From a virus, in IMG/VR virus record IMGVR_UViG_3300017963_000271, positions 4,026-68,025 of that record: a DNA stretch of 64,000 nucleotides, one strand, 5' to 3'. Shown here in pieces: positions 46,484 to 55,478 of this stretch (within the stretch, counting starts at the first letter, position 1; every line of letters starts with the position of its first letter). The position numbers and the translations under genes were made by a program. The notes under the pieces were generated by a model that saw nothing but the letters and a program-made list of their open reading frames with translations, ran no database searches and was not told the origin of the DNA.

Positions 46484-48598
46484 TTATATACCTCCACCCT
46501 CCTCGGGTGACATTGATCCCTGTCCCATTAGCCCTCTTGGACTTGCGCCGACAGGTCTAGCTACGGGGCCTCCACCCTGTTCCTGGATACCAAGCTGAGC
46601 TTCTTCAGCCAGCATTTCGGTCTGTTTTTGCTGTAAAAGCTCTAGCATGCCCTCGTGCAGATCTCTGTGGCCGATAGCCTTTGCTTGCTGCTCGATGGGC
46701 AACTCCCTGAATTCACGGGACAATATAAACGCGTCATGCTCTTCCAGGTGAATCGCGTGGTTGTCGAGGCGGAATGTGATGTCCTTTGTGGGGTCCATAA
46801 GCCACTGACCCTCGATAGGTTCGCCGGATTCCGGATCCACCATGGGTATGCCGGGAGTCTCTATCCTATTTAAAGACTCCTCGTGATTCGTGGCGAATGC
46901 GGCGTTTTCCCAGCAGGCCTTGTCCCGGTGCGTATTCTCCTCATCAGGAATGCTGCCGAGGCCCATCCGCTGGATAAGATCGCGCTGGAGACGCGGTTTC
47001 AGGGTGATGTCGCCGAACAAGCCGCCTTGAATCAACCGGGTCAAGAGCTCGTTCCGGCCGGTGTTCGTGGAAGCCAAGCCACTGTCTAATTCTAGGCGGA
47101 CGTCAGTATTTCCGCGTAAATCCGCACCCTTAAAGGCCTTGACTTTGATACTGCTGCCCGGGCCTTTGATCTTGATCATGCGGGTTTCAGTGTAGAATTC
47201 CTGAGCTACGGTGAGACGCTTTCTCTGGATTTTGCCCCATCCTCTATAAAAGCGGGCCACATCAGGAGCGTGTCCTTGCTCAGCCGTCTCCCGGAGTATG
47301 TCCACCATGATGCCGGAAGCGCCGGAATGCGGGGATTGACCCCTGAGGACGTTTTTCGGGTCCCCACCGGCCTCCTGGGCCACCTCACGATGGATTTTGC
47401 GCTCTTCCAGGATCTGCTGAGGATATGTCGCGCCTTGGCTAATTGCGGGCTTGGCGCCGGCTGCCGACCTGCCGTCATATTCCAAGTGCAAGAAACCAGC
47501 TCCCCGGGCGGACTTGCGTTTCATGATTAGCTGGCCGGGTGTCAGAATGATGGGCTGTCCCACACTCTTGCGGTTCATGGCCAGGGCCTGATCTACCTCA
47601 TTGATTGTGTTTTGGGGAGAAATCAGATCATCCACGCCCGAGGAAGCCCAGAAGCCACCAGAGGCGTTATAAGGGAAGTGGACAAGGGAATACTCCCAGG
47701 AGCCGTCCTTTCGCATGGGAATAGGCAAACTGGGTCTATCCTCTACTACTGTGTCATTGGCCATGACCACGTAGCGGCCTTTTGGGTACTCCTTACAGGG
47801 GGCGAACTCGATCTCCTTGAGGATGCAAAGCTCATCCATATTCTCAGAGAAGGACATGTCCTCGAATCCCCTGCCTTTCCAGGGAGATACGTTAGCGACC
47901 ATGGTAAGGAGCTGCTTATCAAACTCGATCTCCATGGGATTGACGTCGCCATCGATCTTCTTTTTGTAGGTGTCTTCCACCCACTCCTTGAGGCGCAGGG
48001 ACTTGATACCGATCTCGGCCTTGTCCTCCAGGCGTCGGCCTACAGAGCCTACAAAGACATTGAATGGGACTAGGGAGTCAACGATGACATCGCCCTTTTT
48101 GATCCGGTTGCCGCCCTTATCGAATAAGAAGACTCTACCTTCGGCGTCAGCCACGACTCGGCCGAAGCCGTTACCCGTAAGTTGCCGCCAAAACTCTATA
48201 TCTTCTTTGATGTCCTCGATTTCGTAATCATTTAAGCTATCTAGCCAACGCAGCAAGCCTTCACCCAGATCGGCGGCCTCTTTATCCTTGAATTCCTCGG
48301 AGTTAGGCCACACGCGAAGAACATATCGCTTGTTGAGTGTAAGTGCCTTCATTGAGCGAATATGGTCTTTAATTATGTTACTTACGGGCGTGGGAATGCG
48401 GGACCCGAGGGGATAGCGAAAAGCAAAGGAAGCCGTCTTCCCCATCCAGTCCAGCCACTGCTCACCGGAATAGTATAAAAGGTTACGAAACCACGTCATC
48501 TCGAGCATGTGCCGCATGGGATCCCGGACGGGATCACGGAACACATCCGTGAATTTCTGGTCCAGCCAGCCCCTGGTTGTCTTGTCAGGTCGATCCAT
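46484..48598 (-). CDS. Portal protein
   Basis: 704 aa; YYSGEQW, NIIK, DLISPQ..IN, SGI..IL.E; position after TerL. Confidence 0.8.
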   Translation of the reverse strand: MDRPDKTTRGWLDQKFTDVFRDPVRDPMRHMLEMTWFRNLLYYSGEQWLDWMGKTASFAFRYPLGSRIPTPVSNIIKDHIRSMKALTLNKRYVLRVWPNSEEFKDKEAADLGEGLLRWLDSLNDYEIEDIKEDIEFWRQLTGNGFGRVVADAEGRVFLFDKGGNRIKKGDVIVDSLVPFNVFVGSVGRRLEDKAEIGIKSLRLKEWVEDTYKKKIDGDVNPMEIEFDKQLLTMVANVSPWKGRGFEDMSFSENMDELCILKEIEFAPCKEYPKGRYVVMANDTVVEDRPSLPIPMRKDGSWEYSLVHFPYNASGGFWASSGVDDLISPQNTINEVDQALAMNRKSVGQPIILTPGQLIMKRKSARGAGFLHLEYDGRSAAGAKPAISQGATYPQQILEERKIHREVAQEAGGDPKNVLRGQSPHSGASGIMVDILRETAEQGHAPDVARFYRGWGKIQRKRLTVAQEFYTETRMIKIKGPGSSIKVKAFKGADLRGNTDVRLELDSGLASTNTGRNELLTRLIQGGLFGDITLKPRLQRDLIQRMGLGSIPDEENTHRDKACWENAAFATNHEESLNRIETPGIPMVDPESGEPIEGQWLMDPTKDITFRLDNHAIHLEEHDAFILSREFRELPIEQQAKAIGHRDLHEGMLELLQQKQTEMLAEEAQLGIQEQGGGPVARPVGASPRGLMGQGSMSPEEGGGI

Positions 48599-48609
48599 TG
48601 GTTACTCCT

Positions 48610-48876
48610 TTAACTTACTGGAAATCCGCCTTTTTCGCTCAGTTCTGCGGCCCGGATAGCCAGGTCGTTTTCGAGCTCCATTTCCTTGATTTTGTCGCCG
48701 GGCTGTCTGCGCAACGCTTCTATAGCGGACGTGTATTCCGGCGTGTCTTTGGCCAGAACGGCCGCGAGAAGCTCTTGTTCCCTAGATATGGCGTTCCCGC
48801 GTTCCCACCGGATTCGGTACTCTTGGAACGCTACGAGGGCTGCGAGTAAGCCCATGGTAATGTAGTACATAATCAT
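48610..48876 (-). CDS. Small membrane-anchored protein
   Basis: N-terminal hydrophobic helix. Confidence 0.55.
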   Translation of the reverse strand: MIMYYITMGLLAALVAFQEYRIRWERGNAISREQELLAAVLAKDTPEYTSAIEALRRQPGDKIKEMELENDLAIRAAELSEKGGFPVS

Positions 48877-48893
48877 GATTATTACCCCCTTTT

Positions 48894-49373
48894 TTAGGAT
48901 AAAGCTTCTTTTAATTGGCTCAATGCTTCGTGTTTTAACTGATCCACACGAGACTTAGATAAATCTACAATGCCGGCTATTTCCCGCGTAGTCTTGTCCT
49001 CAAAGTAATACAGCCAAATGATCAGCCGCGTTGTCGGATCCGTAATGCACTGCTCAATGGCTCGGGATATGGCAAGCTTGGCCTCTACTGTTTCAGTCGG
49101 ATCTTCACCAACACCTGCGCCGGCTTCATCCTCTGTATAGGGCAGTGGTAGCGGGCGGGCCTCCCCTTTTCGGAATTCCTGGCCGAATCTACTGCGCAGT
49201 GAGTCCATTATGGCATGCCCCATATTTTGGCCCTCTAACCATCCAAGCATGGCATCTTGTACCATGTCCTCGATGTCCATTTGGACAACGGGATTGTTTT
49301 TGGCAACTTTCTCAGCTACGCGCCGGGCCAGGACGTAAGCTTGATCTATTTCCGCCTTGTTGTACTCCTTCAT
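48894..49373 (-). CDS. Sigma70-family (regions 2 and 4) sigma factor
   Basis: DIEDMVQDAMLG (region 2); LYYFEDKTTREIAGIVDLSKSRVDQLKHEAL (region 4 HTH). Confidence 0.8.
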   Translation of the reverse strand: MKEYNKAEIDQAYVLARRVAEKVAKNNPVVQMDIEDMVQDAMLGWLEGQNMGHAIMDSLRSRFGQEFRKGEARPLPLPYTEDEAGAGVGEDPTETVEAKLAISRAIEQCITDPTTRLIIWLYYFEDKTTREIAGIVDLSKSRVDQLKHEALSQLKEALS

Positions 49374-49385
49374 TTCTATTCTCCT

Positions 49386-49589
49386 TTAGCATGCATTTTC
49401 GTCTAACTTGTGATCGCCGCACCAATCAGTGTCAAATGTCACTGGGAATCCGCCCAACATAGGAGCATGTCGCCGGCACCTTCCGGGCCAAGGCTGATCT
49501 TCCCGCATGGGCTCTATGCGGGCCTTACGCATCCACCACATACATGTTTCGCAGCGCATTTTGACGCTTCGATGTCTCCAATTATCCAT
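49386..49589 (-). CDS. Small Cys-rich protein
   Basis: CETC..W...GRCRRHAP...P......WCGDH family pattern. Confidence 0.6.
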   Translation of the reverse strand: MDNWRHRSVKMRCETCMWWMRKARIEPMREDQPWPGRCRRHAPMLGGFPVTFDTDWCGDHKLDENAC

Positions 49590-49591
49590 CT

Positions 49592-49912
49592 CTATTCTCC
49601 TTCTCTACGAAATTCCTGCATGGTCCTTATATACTTGGCCCCTCGACTGGCCTGAAGTTTTTGTCGCGTCTGTAGTCCGGATCTGAGTTGTCTGTAACGG
49701 TTCCGTAGCATCCCCCACACGCCGCCGATGCCTCTCTCCCGGGCTCCGGCAGAGGTGGTAGTCCCTTGTGCGGTTCCGGTATCGTATCCCGAACGCTCCA
49801 TACGGTTGACGGTCTCCTGCATTCCTTGCAATTTTCGCTGTCTTTCGCCGATTCCTCCGCCGTACACCCGCTTGTACTGGTAGCCGGCTCCTGTGGTTTC
49901 TCCATTTGCCAT
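49592..49912 (-). CDS. Hypothetical Gly/Arg-rich protein
   Basis: ATG 49912 after AGGAGG; overlaps the C-terminal extension of the kinase ORF. Confidence 0.5.
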   Translation of the reverse strand: MANGETTGAGYQYKRVYGGGIGERQRKLQGMQETVNRMERSGYDTGTAQGTTTSAGARERGIGGVWGMLRNRYRQLRSGLQTRQKLQASRGAKYIRTMQEFRREGE

Positions 49913-50262
49913 GTCCTGTCCTCCTTTAAAGGTTCTTCTTCGTATTCCGTCCCCTTCCACAATTCACCGAAGGGGAGTTGGATTTCAATGCACTCACGAA
50001 AATTCGCTTGTAAACTTTTGCGCAAAGCTCGGCGGGGAGACACGCAGGCCACAATGGCTACAATGCCCTGGTCCTCCACCAGGCGGGCTATCCGCGCCAG
50101 ATTTCTTTGATTTTCTTCACGGCCCTCGTCTGTGAAATCGTTGGCAAAGACCTCCCGCACCTTGTCGCCGTCAATGATGATGCTGCACGGGATTTGCTTT
50201 TGTATTCGCCGGGCAAGCGTTGTCTTTCCTGAGTTCTTTCGCCCTGTTATCCAATAGACCAT
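49627..50262 (-). CDS. cysC: Adenylyl-sulfate (APS) kinase-like protein
   Basis: YWITGRKNSGKTT, IDGDKVR, F..EGREEN, IVACVSP, YEEEP; lid region looks shortened. Confidence 0.7.
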   Translation of the reverse strand: MVYWITGRKNSGKTTLARRIQKQIPCSIIIDGDKVREVFANDFTDEGREENQRNLARIARLVEDQGIVAIVACVSPRRALRKSLQANFRECIEIQLPFGELWKGTEYEEEPLKEDRTWQMEKPQEPATSTSGCTAEESAKDSENCKECRRPSTVWSVRDTIPEPHKGLPPLPEPGREASAACGGCYGTVTDNSDPDYRRDKNFRPVEGPSI

Positions 50263-50309
50263 ATCTCTTCTCCTTTCAACTGTTGGACTTCAACATTTGC
50301 TGAAACTGC

Positions 50310-52004
50310 CTAAAATAATGATTCCCCAAACAGATCCCAGTCCTCATCTTCGTCATCGGCTGGCAATCCGTATACTTCCGGGTCAAGCATGGGATCGTTC
50401 TTTTCAAAGTCCTGTATTTCTTCGTTATCCAGCAAGTCTCGGCGGGCGCGGAAGAACTCTTGGGCCGCCACTTTCGAGACACTGTCCAACTTGTCGATTT
50501 CCTTTTTGGCCTTCTCTTTGGCCATTTCACGCCCCAATTCCGCGAGATCAGCTCCTACCGGCCGGGCCATGCAGATATGACAGGCTTCATCGTAGATGTG
50601 GTCTTCTTGCTTGTCCTCGAGATCCTCGGGGTTATTCTCATCCAAGCACAGGGATGGAATTGTACGGATGAAGTGCTCACATTGGCTGTAGACCATCAGC
50701 ATGGGCATTTCGCTGGGATTGTCCGGGATGTCCAGCCTGTTCCGGAATTGGCGGATTTTCAGTTCCCGGTTGGCGTCTCCTGGATGCATGGTCAGATCGA
50801 TCTTGCCAAATTCCCGAATGACGTCCGGATCCTTGGCCGCGGTGATGAATTCGTCGATTGTGGAGGGTCCTTGACCGCCTCCCATGTAATTGGGCTTTCT
50901 GTTCTTACACGTGGGGTCGCACAAGCGGGTGATTTTCCGGCCGAGTATGCCGAGCTGCTTCTCTTTGGCCAGGATTCCCTTGGCTATCATGGGGTCTGTG
51001 ATCCGCATGCCCACGTTAGGGGTGACGCCGTTCCAGCCGTACCACTCAGCGAAGCGATAAACGCGATTGTCGGAATCTACCCACCACCAGCCTACGGAAA
51101 AGGGCGCGCCATACCCCCAGTCAAAGGTCATGTAGAGCGGGGCGTAGTCGGGAATGGGCCAGATCTGCTGTTCTGGCTGTAGGACGTGGCGGTCCTCGGA
51201 GAATTTGAAGGCCTGGCCAATGTAGACGTCCCAGCGGCCTTCAAGCCACGCGGCGCGTAAATTTGGGTCCTTAATGGAACGCAATCGCGCAACGTATTTG
51301 GGGTCATTTTCGCACAATATTCGATTGTCAGAGAGCGTGGAACGGATAAATGCCTGTGTTATATAGGTGACTTCATCCGTCACAGGGTCCGCTATTTCGA
51401 CTTTTCGGACCTTGCCGGTGCCGTCCGGGTCCGGATCAATAAACATCAGCTTGACGACTGATGCCCCAGGACCGCCCGGGTTGCCCGTAAGGAACATGTG
51501 GCAAGGCACCCCATGGGGAGACCGCAAAGACCCTCTCAGCTTGTCTATCAGGAGGGCCAGGAACGGAAATGTGGGCGCTTCATCGACTGTGATCTCTGTG
51601 AACTGGTGGCCTATCCAGTCGTCTGCCTGCTCTAGCTGTTTTATGGCGGCCAACGTGATTTTAGCGCCTTTGGACGGCCCAGAGAGAAATGTGACGTAGT
51701 TGACCTGTTGAGGACCCCCAGTGCGCTCCGCGGGCATTCCCATAAGGATAAGCTCATCGAAACGCCGGCGCAATTCACCGAGATCCTTGTATTTCCGGCG
51801 CAGCATCAGGCCATTCCAACCGGTTCCGTACTTGACAGCGCCTCTAACCTGCCGGCCGATAGCACAGTCGGATTTGCCGCCCCCACGCGTCCCCCCGAAG
51901 AATAGCTCATCTATCGGGGCTGTGGCCGCGGCCATTTGGGGGCCTGGCTGGGGTCCCCAGTACGTGGGTAATTTCTTTTTCTTCTTAGCTACATTTTGTG
52001 TCAC
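50310..52004 (-). CDS. Terminase large subunit
   Basis: PQPGPQ, GGTRGGGKS, VDEA, TGNPGG, DNRIL, nuclease DWG...DHIYD. Confidence 0.92.
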   Translation of the reverse strand: MTQNVAKKKKKLPTYWGPQPGPQMAAATAPIDELFFGGTRGGGKSDCAIGRQVRGAVKYGTGWNGLMLRRKYKDLGELRRRFDELILMGMPAERTGGPQQVNYVTFLSGPSKGAKITLAAIKQLEQADDWIGHQFTEITVDEAPTFPFLALLIDKLRGSLRSPHGVPCHMFLTGNPGGPGASVVKLMFIDPDPDGTGKVRKVEIADPVTDEVTYITQAFIRSTLSDNRILCENDPKYVARLRSIKDPNLRAAWLEGRWDVYIGQAFKFSEDRHVLQPEQQIWPIPDYAPLYMTFDWGYGAPFSVGWWWVDSDNRVYRFAEWYGWNGVTPNVGMRITDPMIAKGILAKEKQLGILGRKITRLCDPTCKNRKPNYMGGGQGPSTIDEFITAAKDPDVIREFGKIDLTMHPGDANRELKIRQFRNRLDIPDNPSEMPMLMVYSQCEHFIRTIPSLCLDENNPEDLEDKQEDHIYDEACHICMARPVGADLAELGREMAKEKAKKEIDKLDSVSKVAAQEFFRARRDLLDNEEIQDFEKNDPMLDPEVYGLPADDEDEDWDLFGESLF

Positions 52005-52080
52005 TTTGTACTCCTGGGTACAATATATTGTATGCCATGGTACAAATTCGTCGGCAAATATCTATAAATGCCGGTGTTTT

Positions 52081-52356
52081 TTACCGCTTTTTTAACTGCC
52101 ACAGGTTCCAAATTACTACGCCGGCCATAGCGGCATCAATAATTCCTAGCCCGATAGTTGTCTTTAGATACACAAAAAACGCAGTCACGGCCGCGCTGAA
52201 GGCGAATTTCACAGGGATCCACTTATTACCCAGAGCCCTTAATAAAGGATTCAGTTCTCGGCCGCCCCTCGCGAGAATCTCGGTGGTGAGAAGAGAATCG
52301 ATAATCTGGAGAGACATTTGGACGCTGGCCAATGTCCATAGCAGCAAATTAGTCAT
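52081..52356 (-). CDS. DUF5658-like small membrane protein
   Basis: D.LLT..IL..GG.ELNPL motif; start reassigned to MTNLLL. Confidence 0.6.
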   Translation of the reverse strand: MTNLLLWTLASVQMSLQIIDSLLTTEILARGGRELNPLLRALGNKWIPVKFAFSAAVTAFFVYLKTTIGLGIIDAAMAGVVIWNLWQLKKR

Positions 52357-52771
52357 CTTTTTTAGCCCCCATCTGCTCGTCCCGGAGCTTTTCCCAGTCC
52401 TCCGTGGTTTCGGGCTCGTCCGGATACTCAAGGCCCCTGAAAGCCTGGCCATTATTGATCTGGACGTTGATTTTCTCGTTGTAGCCGCCCTTGTGCTTGA
52501 GAACGAATTGAGCTGCTTGTCTATCCCTGCGCAACACTACATGCTCACGAATAACGTCTTGGGACTCGTCAACCAGCTCCTCTACCTTCTGGATCTTCAT
52601 GGCCTGGACCTTGGCGTCAAAGTCCTCGTCGAGCTGGAGCCAGTTATAATAGGTCTGCCTAACAATGCCGACAGCCTGGCAAGCGTGCGTAATATTGCCG
52701 TTTTTGGCTTCCAGGGCGATCAGGAAGATTTCTTTCATCTCAGATTGTGTAAGGCCGGCTGATGTAGCCAT
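52349..52771 (-). CDS. Terminase small subunit
   Basis: HTH GNITHACQAVGIVRQTYYNW...AAQFVLK; upstream of TerL. Confidence 0.8.
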   Translation of the reverse strand: MATSAGLTQSEMKEIFLIALEAKNGNITHACQAVGIVRQTYYNWLQLDEDFDAKVQAMKIQKVEELVDESQDVIREHVVLRRDRQAAQFVLKHKGGYNEKINVQINNGQAFRGLEYPDEPETTEDWEKLRDEQMGAKKDD

Positions 52772-53392
52772 AAATCCTAACTCCTACTATTATAGTGGGA
52801 CTCTAAAAATTCCCCTGGTGAAATTTGAAACTGGGACTCTAAAAACTATCGAGGGGCCTATTATATACTGTCTAATCGCTGCTACAGGGGTTATTCAAAT
52901 ATGCTGGAGGGACTCTTTACGCGACACGTGCCCCCTCTTGCCTTCCACCCCTACCCTACCCCCCCCCTTCCGCTTCACGGAAGTGAAGAGCACCCCTAGT
53001 ATAGATAGATAATTATTTACACACATGTAGTAAGTACTTACACAGTGCTCAGTGCTTGGGCGTCTATACTATACTACAGTACTTGGTGTGTCAATCACAA
53101 CACACTGGACGCTAACATGCTGGTATCCCTAAATAAAATGGGAGGCCAGTAGTTGCACCGACCTCCCAGCCCGGAGAAAAGAGAAGACAACAAGGCGTCT
53201 CTATTGTGATTATCGGTTCTACTGTCCATTTTGTCCACCAGTATATGTGGTATATATCGCAGCGATATAGCACTAGATGTTGTATGTGTGATCTCCACAA
53301 GTTACATCCTCGCGTTATTCCGGTACTCAACTGGGTAATTATTACCCACCATTGCATTTCTGCAATACTAGACATTGCATTTTTGCATGGAG

Positions 53393-53440
53393 TTACATTG
53401 ATACATGGTTACATGGTTACATTGTTATGGAGTTACATTG
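53393..53440. repeat. Six phased octamers, consensus TTACAT(T/G)G
   Basis: ttacattg atacatgg ttacatgg ttacattg ttatggag ttacattg. Confidence 0.7.
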
Positions 53441-53448
53441 CTAGTTCT

Positions 53449-53477
53449 AGTATAGCAAGAGTACTGTTCAATGTCAA
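53449..53477 (-). promoter_or_regulatory. Sigma70-type promoter P3
   Basis: TTGACA-ttgaacagtactcttgc (17 nt)-TATACT. Confidence 0.85.
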
Positions 53478-53520
53478 GTCTTTTGTCAATAGTGTTGTTA
53501 GACAGTATCTCCTTATACAC

Positions 53521-53609
53521 GTGCACACGTGCACAGCGACACACCAGCACGAGGACACACGGACACATGAGCACACCAACACAGACCTATCGGCACACGT
53601 ATATATAGT
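53521..53609 (+). repeat. 89-bp octamer-array element, copy C
   Basis: 8 x NNNCACNN + ACCTATCGGCACACGTATATATAGT. Confidence 0.85.
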
Positions 53610-53662
53610 GTTTATAAAGGGAGGATCGGGAAATGGACACTAAATAATGGACAGTAGTGGAT

Positions 53663-53753
53663 GAGCACACGGACACACGTGCAATCGTGCACACGTGCAC
53701 ATGAACACATGAACACATGAACACACGTGCACACGAACACAGGCTCCTCGGCA
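53663..53753 (+). repeat. Octamer array, partial copy D
   Basis: 10 phased octamers (9 with CAC) followed by GCTCCTCGGCA, a truncated tail. Confidence 0.75.
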
Positions 53754-53995
53754 TTCCGCAAGAACTGTGCCGGAATCTTGTCAAGAGGTTGAGCTCATTT
53801 TTTTTTGTGCTGCAAATGTCTGGAATCATTGGACTTGAAAAAATAATTTAAAAATGAATGGCCATTCAGATTTTGGGGCTGCGGTTCATGTGTCTGAAAT
53901 CACTGCGGAAGCGCGAAATCGATACTTTTTGAGAAAACGCATAGGGTAGAGACCAAAAATCTTTTGCACCAAAAAATTTTGAGAGGAGGGCAGCA

Positions 53996-54223
53996 ATGAA
54001 AATACTGAAGAATGGAGCATGGGTGATCCACTCCACTGAAGTGGATCATGACTGCGAAGTTACGTTGGGCTATTGGCATAAAAACTGGCCGGGATCGGAC
54101 AGCAAGGAGTATGTGACCTGGCTCACAGACAAGAATGGCAATGCGTATCTGGGGCATTATTTTAGGGACTTCTTCGCTGCCGTGAATGACTACAAAGAGC
54201 GTATAAGGCGGGAAAAGGGATAA
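53996..54223 (+). CDS. Hypothetical early protein
   Basis: EYVTW...YLGHYF motif; GGAGG RBS. Confidence 0.65.
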   Translation: MKILKNGAWVIHSTEVDHDCEVTLGYWHKNWPGSDSKEYVTWLTDKNGNAYLGHYFRDFFAAVNDYKERIRREKG

Positions 54224-54311
54224 AACCGCAGGGGGCCTTGGTCCCCTCCAAGCTCTCAACAAATGAGGGTTTGGAGGGCACCAAAGCTCAAATAAACTGA
54301 AGGAGGACACA

Positions 54312-54536
54312 ATGAAGAAATCGTATCCGTTCAATGAGATGGGAGACAGGCGCTGTGTAGTATGCGGCAGGCCGATCAAGAGGCGCCTCGTGGAGGAAAA
54401 GCCCACAGCCACAAAATGCTTCCAGTGCTTCAGGGCTGAGCAAGAGGCTAGAGGCAATTCCATGTCAACAGCGCGAGAGGTCCGCACGGGCCAAAGACCG
54501 CACCGAAAGCCGAGAATTCCCAAGGAGGACCGCTAA
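54312..54536 (+). CDS. DksA/TraR-type C4 Zn-finger protein
   Basis: CVVCGRPIKRRL....PTATKCFQC. Confidence 0.6.
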   Translation: MKKSYPFNEMGDRRCVVCGRPIKRRLVEEKPTATKCFQCFRAEQEARGNSMSTAREVRTGQRPHRKPRIPKEDR

Positions 54537-54839
54537 CATGCCAGAAGTCAATGGACGATTAACTTGTTGCGTATGCGGCGCTGACCTGGGAGACGCCTCA
54601 GATCCTTATCGTGATCCTGATTGTTGGGAGTGTCTCATGAGGGAATATGAAAATGAAGAAGAGGAGGACCAATAAGGAAAGATAAGACAGCCAGAAGGAT
54701 ACTGAAGAAATACCACACAGCCTATGCCAAACACAGGCTAGGGATCAAGAAAATGGCCGCCTCCACGTTGAGGCTGTACAAAACGGCCGGGACCGTGGCG
54801 GCCAGGGCTGAGTTTTCTAAGCTTTGAGGGGGACTAGGC

Positions 54840-55157
54840 ATGCAAGACAAACACAGACGTGTCAGGTTTTATTGTGGGCTCACTGATAAGTACGGTGAAT
54901 GTGTGGACCCTGTGACCTACGAACAGACTATGGAGGAGTTCTACCATAGCTTCACGGTTTACAGGACCACTGGCAATTGGAAAGGCATGGCCGAAGAGAG
55001 CGTAGTCCTGGAAGTAATTGAACTGTGGCCGTTGAATACACTGCGGCAAACACACCTTGAATCCAGGGCGTATGCGGTGGCTAAATTGCTCAAGGTCAAT
55101 GGGCAGCAGCATTGTGTAATGTTTACCACTGACTTTGTGGATGCAATCTTTATGTAG
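54840..55157 (+). CDS. DUF3574 / SAM-lyase-like protein
   Basis: RFYCG...FTV....GNWKG..EES....LK....QQ.CV pattern. Confidence 0.45.
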   Translation: MQDKHRRVRFYCGLTDKYGECVDPVTYEQTMEEFYHSFTVYRTTGNWKGMAEESVVLEVIELWPLNTLRQTHLESRAYAVAKLLKVNGQQHCVMFTTDFVDAIFM

Positions 55158-55184
55158 AAAACTTTAGGTAGAAAGGAGGACCAA

Positions 55185-55469
55185 ATGACCGGCGAAATGT
55201 GTTGGATCAACCAGGAAGGCGTAGACTCAAATGGGGATCGCTATTGGCTCCATGCAGCAGCAGCAAAAGCTGTGAGTGGAGTGCTGAAGCCGTTTGACGT
55301 ATACCAGGGACCTTATATCCTCTTGCCAGATCTGTGCGTGAATAGCAAGGTATGGCTGTGCGATGAAGGTGAGAGGCTTTACTGGTATAGAGAAGATACG
55401 AACAAACGGAGCGAGGCCTTTTTCCCCAATGAGGAATTTGCAATTCAAGCAATCAAAACTTTAATGTAG
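55185..55469 (+). CDS. Hypothetical protein
   Basis: PFDVYQGPY motif; RBS. Confidence 0.6.
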   Translation: MTGEMCWINQEGVDSNGDRYWLHAAAAKAVSGVLKPFDVYQGPYILLPDLCVNSKVWLCDEGERLYWYREDTNKRSEAFFPNEEFAIQAIKTLM

Positions 55470-55478
55470 GAGGGATTC

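Noticed and set aside
20652-52762. Many plus-strand ORFs opposite the structural genes
   Set aside because: Antisense shadows of well-supported minus-strand genes; no motifs or RBS.
53521-53753. Octamer arrays as CRISPR or as coding ORFs (53206-53643, 53587-53829)
   Set aside because: No repeat-spacer structure; the ORFs are low-complexity H/T or C/V translations of the repeat with no RBS.
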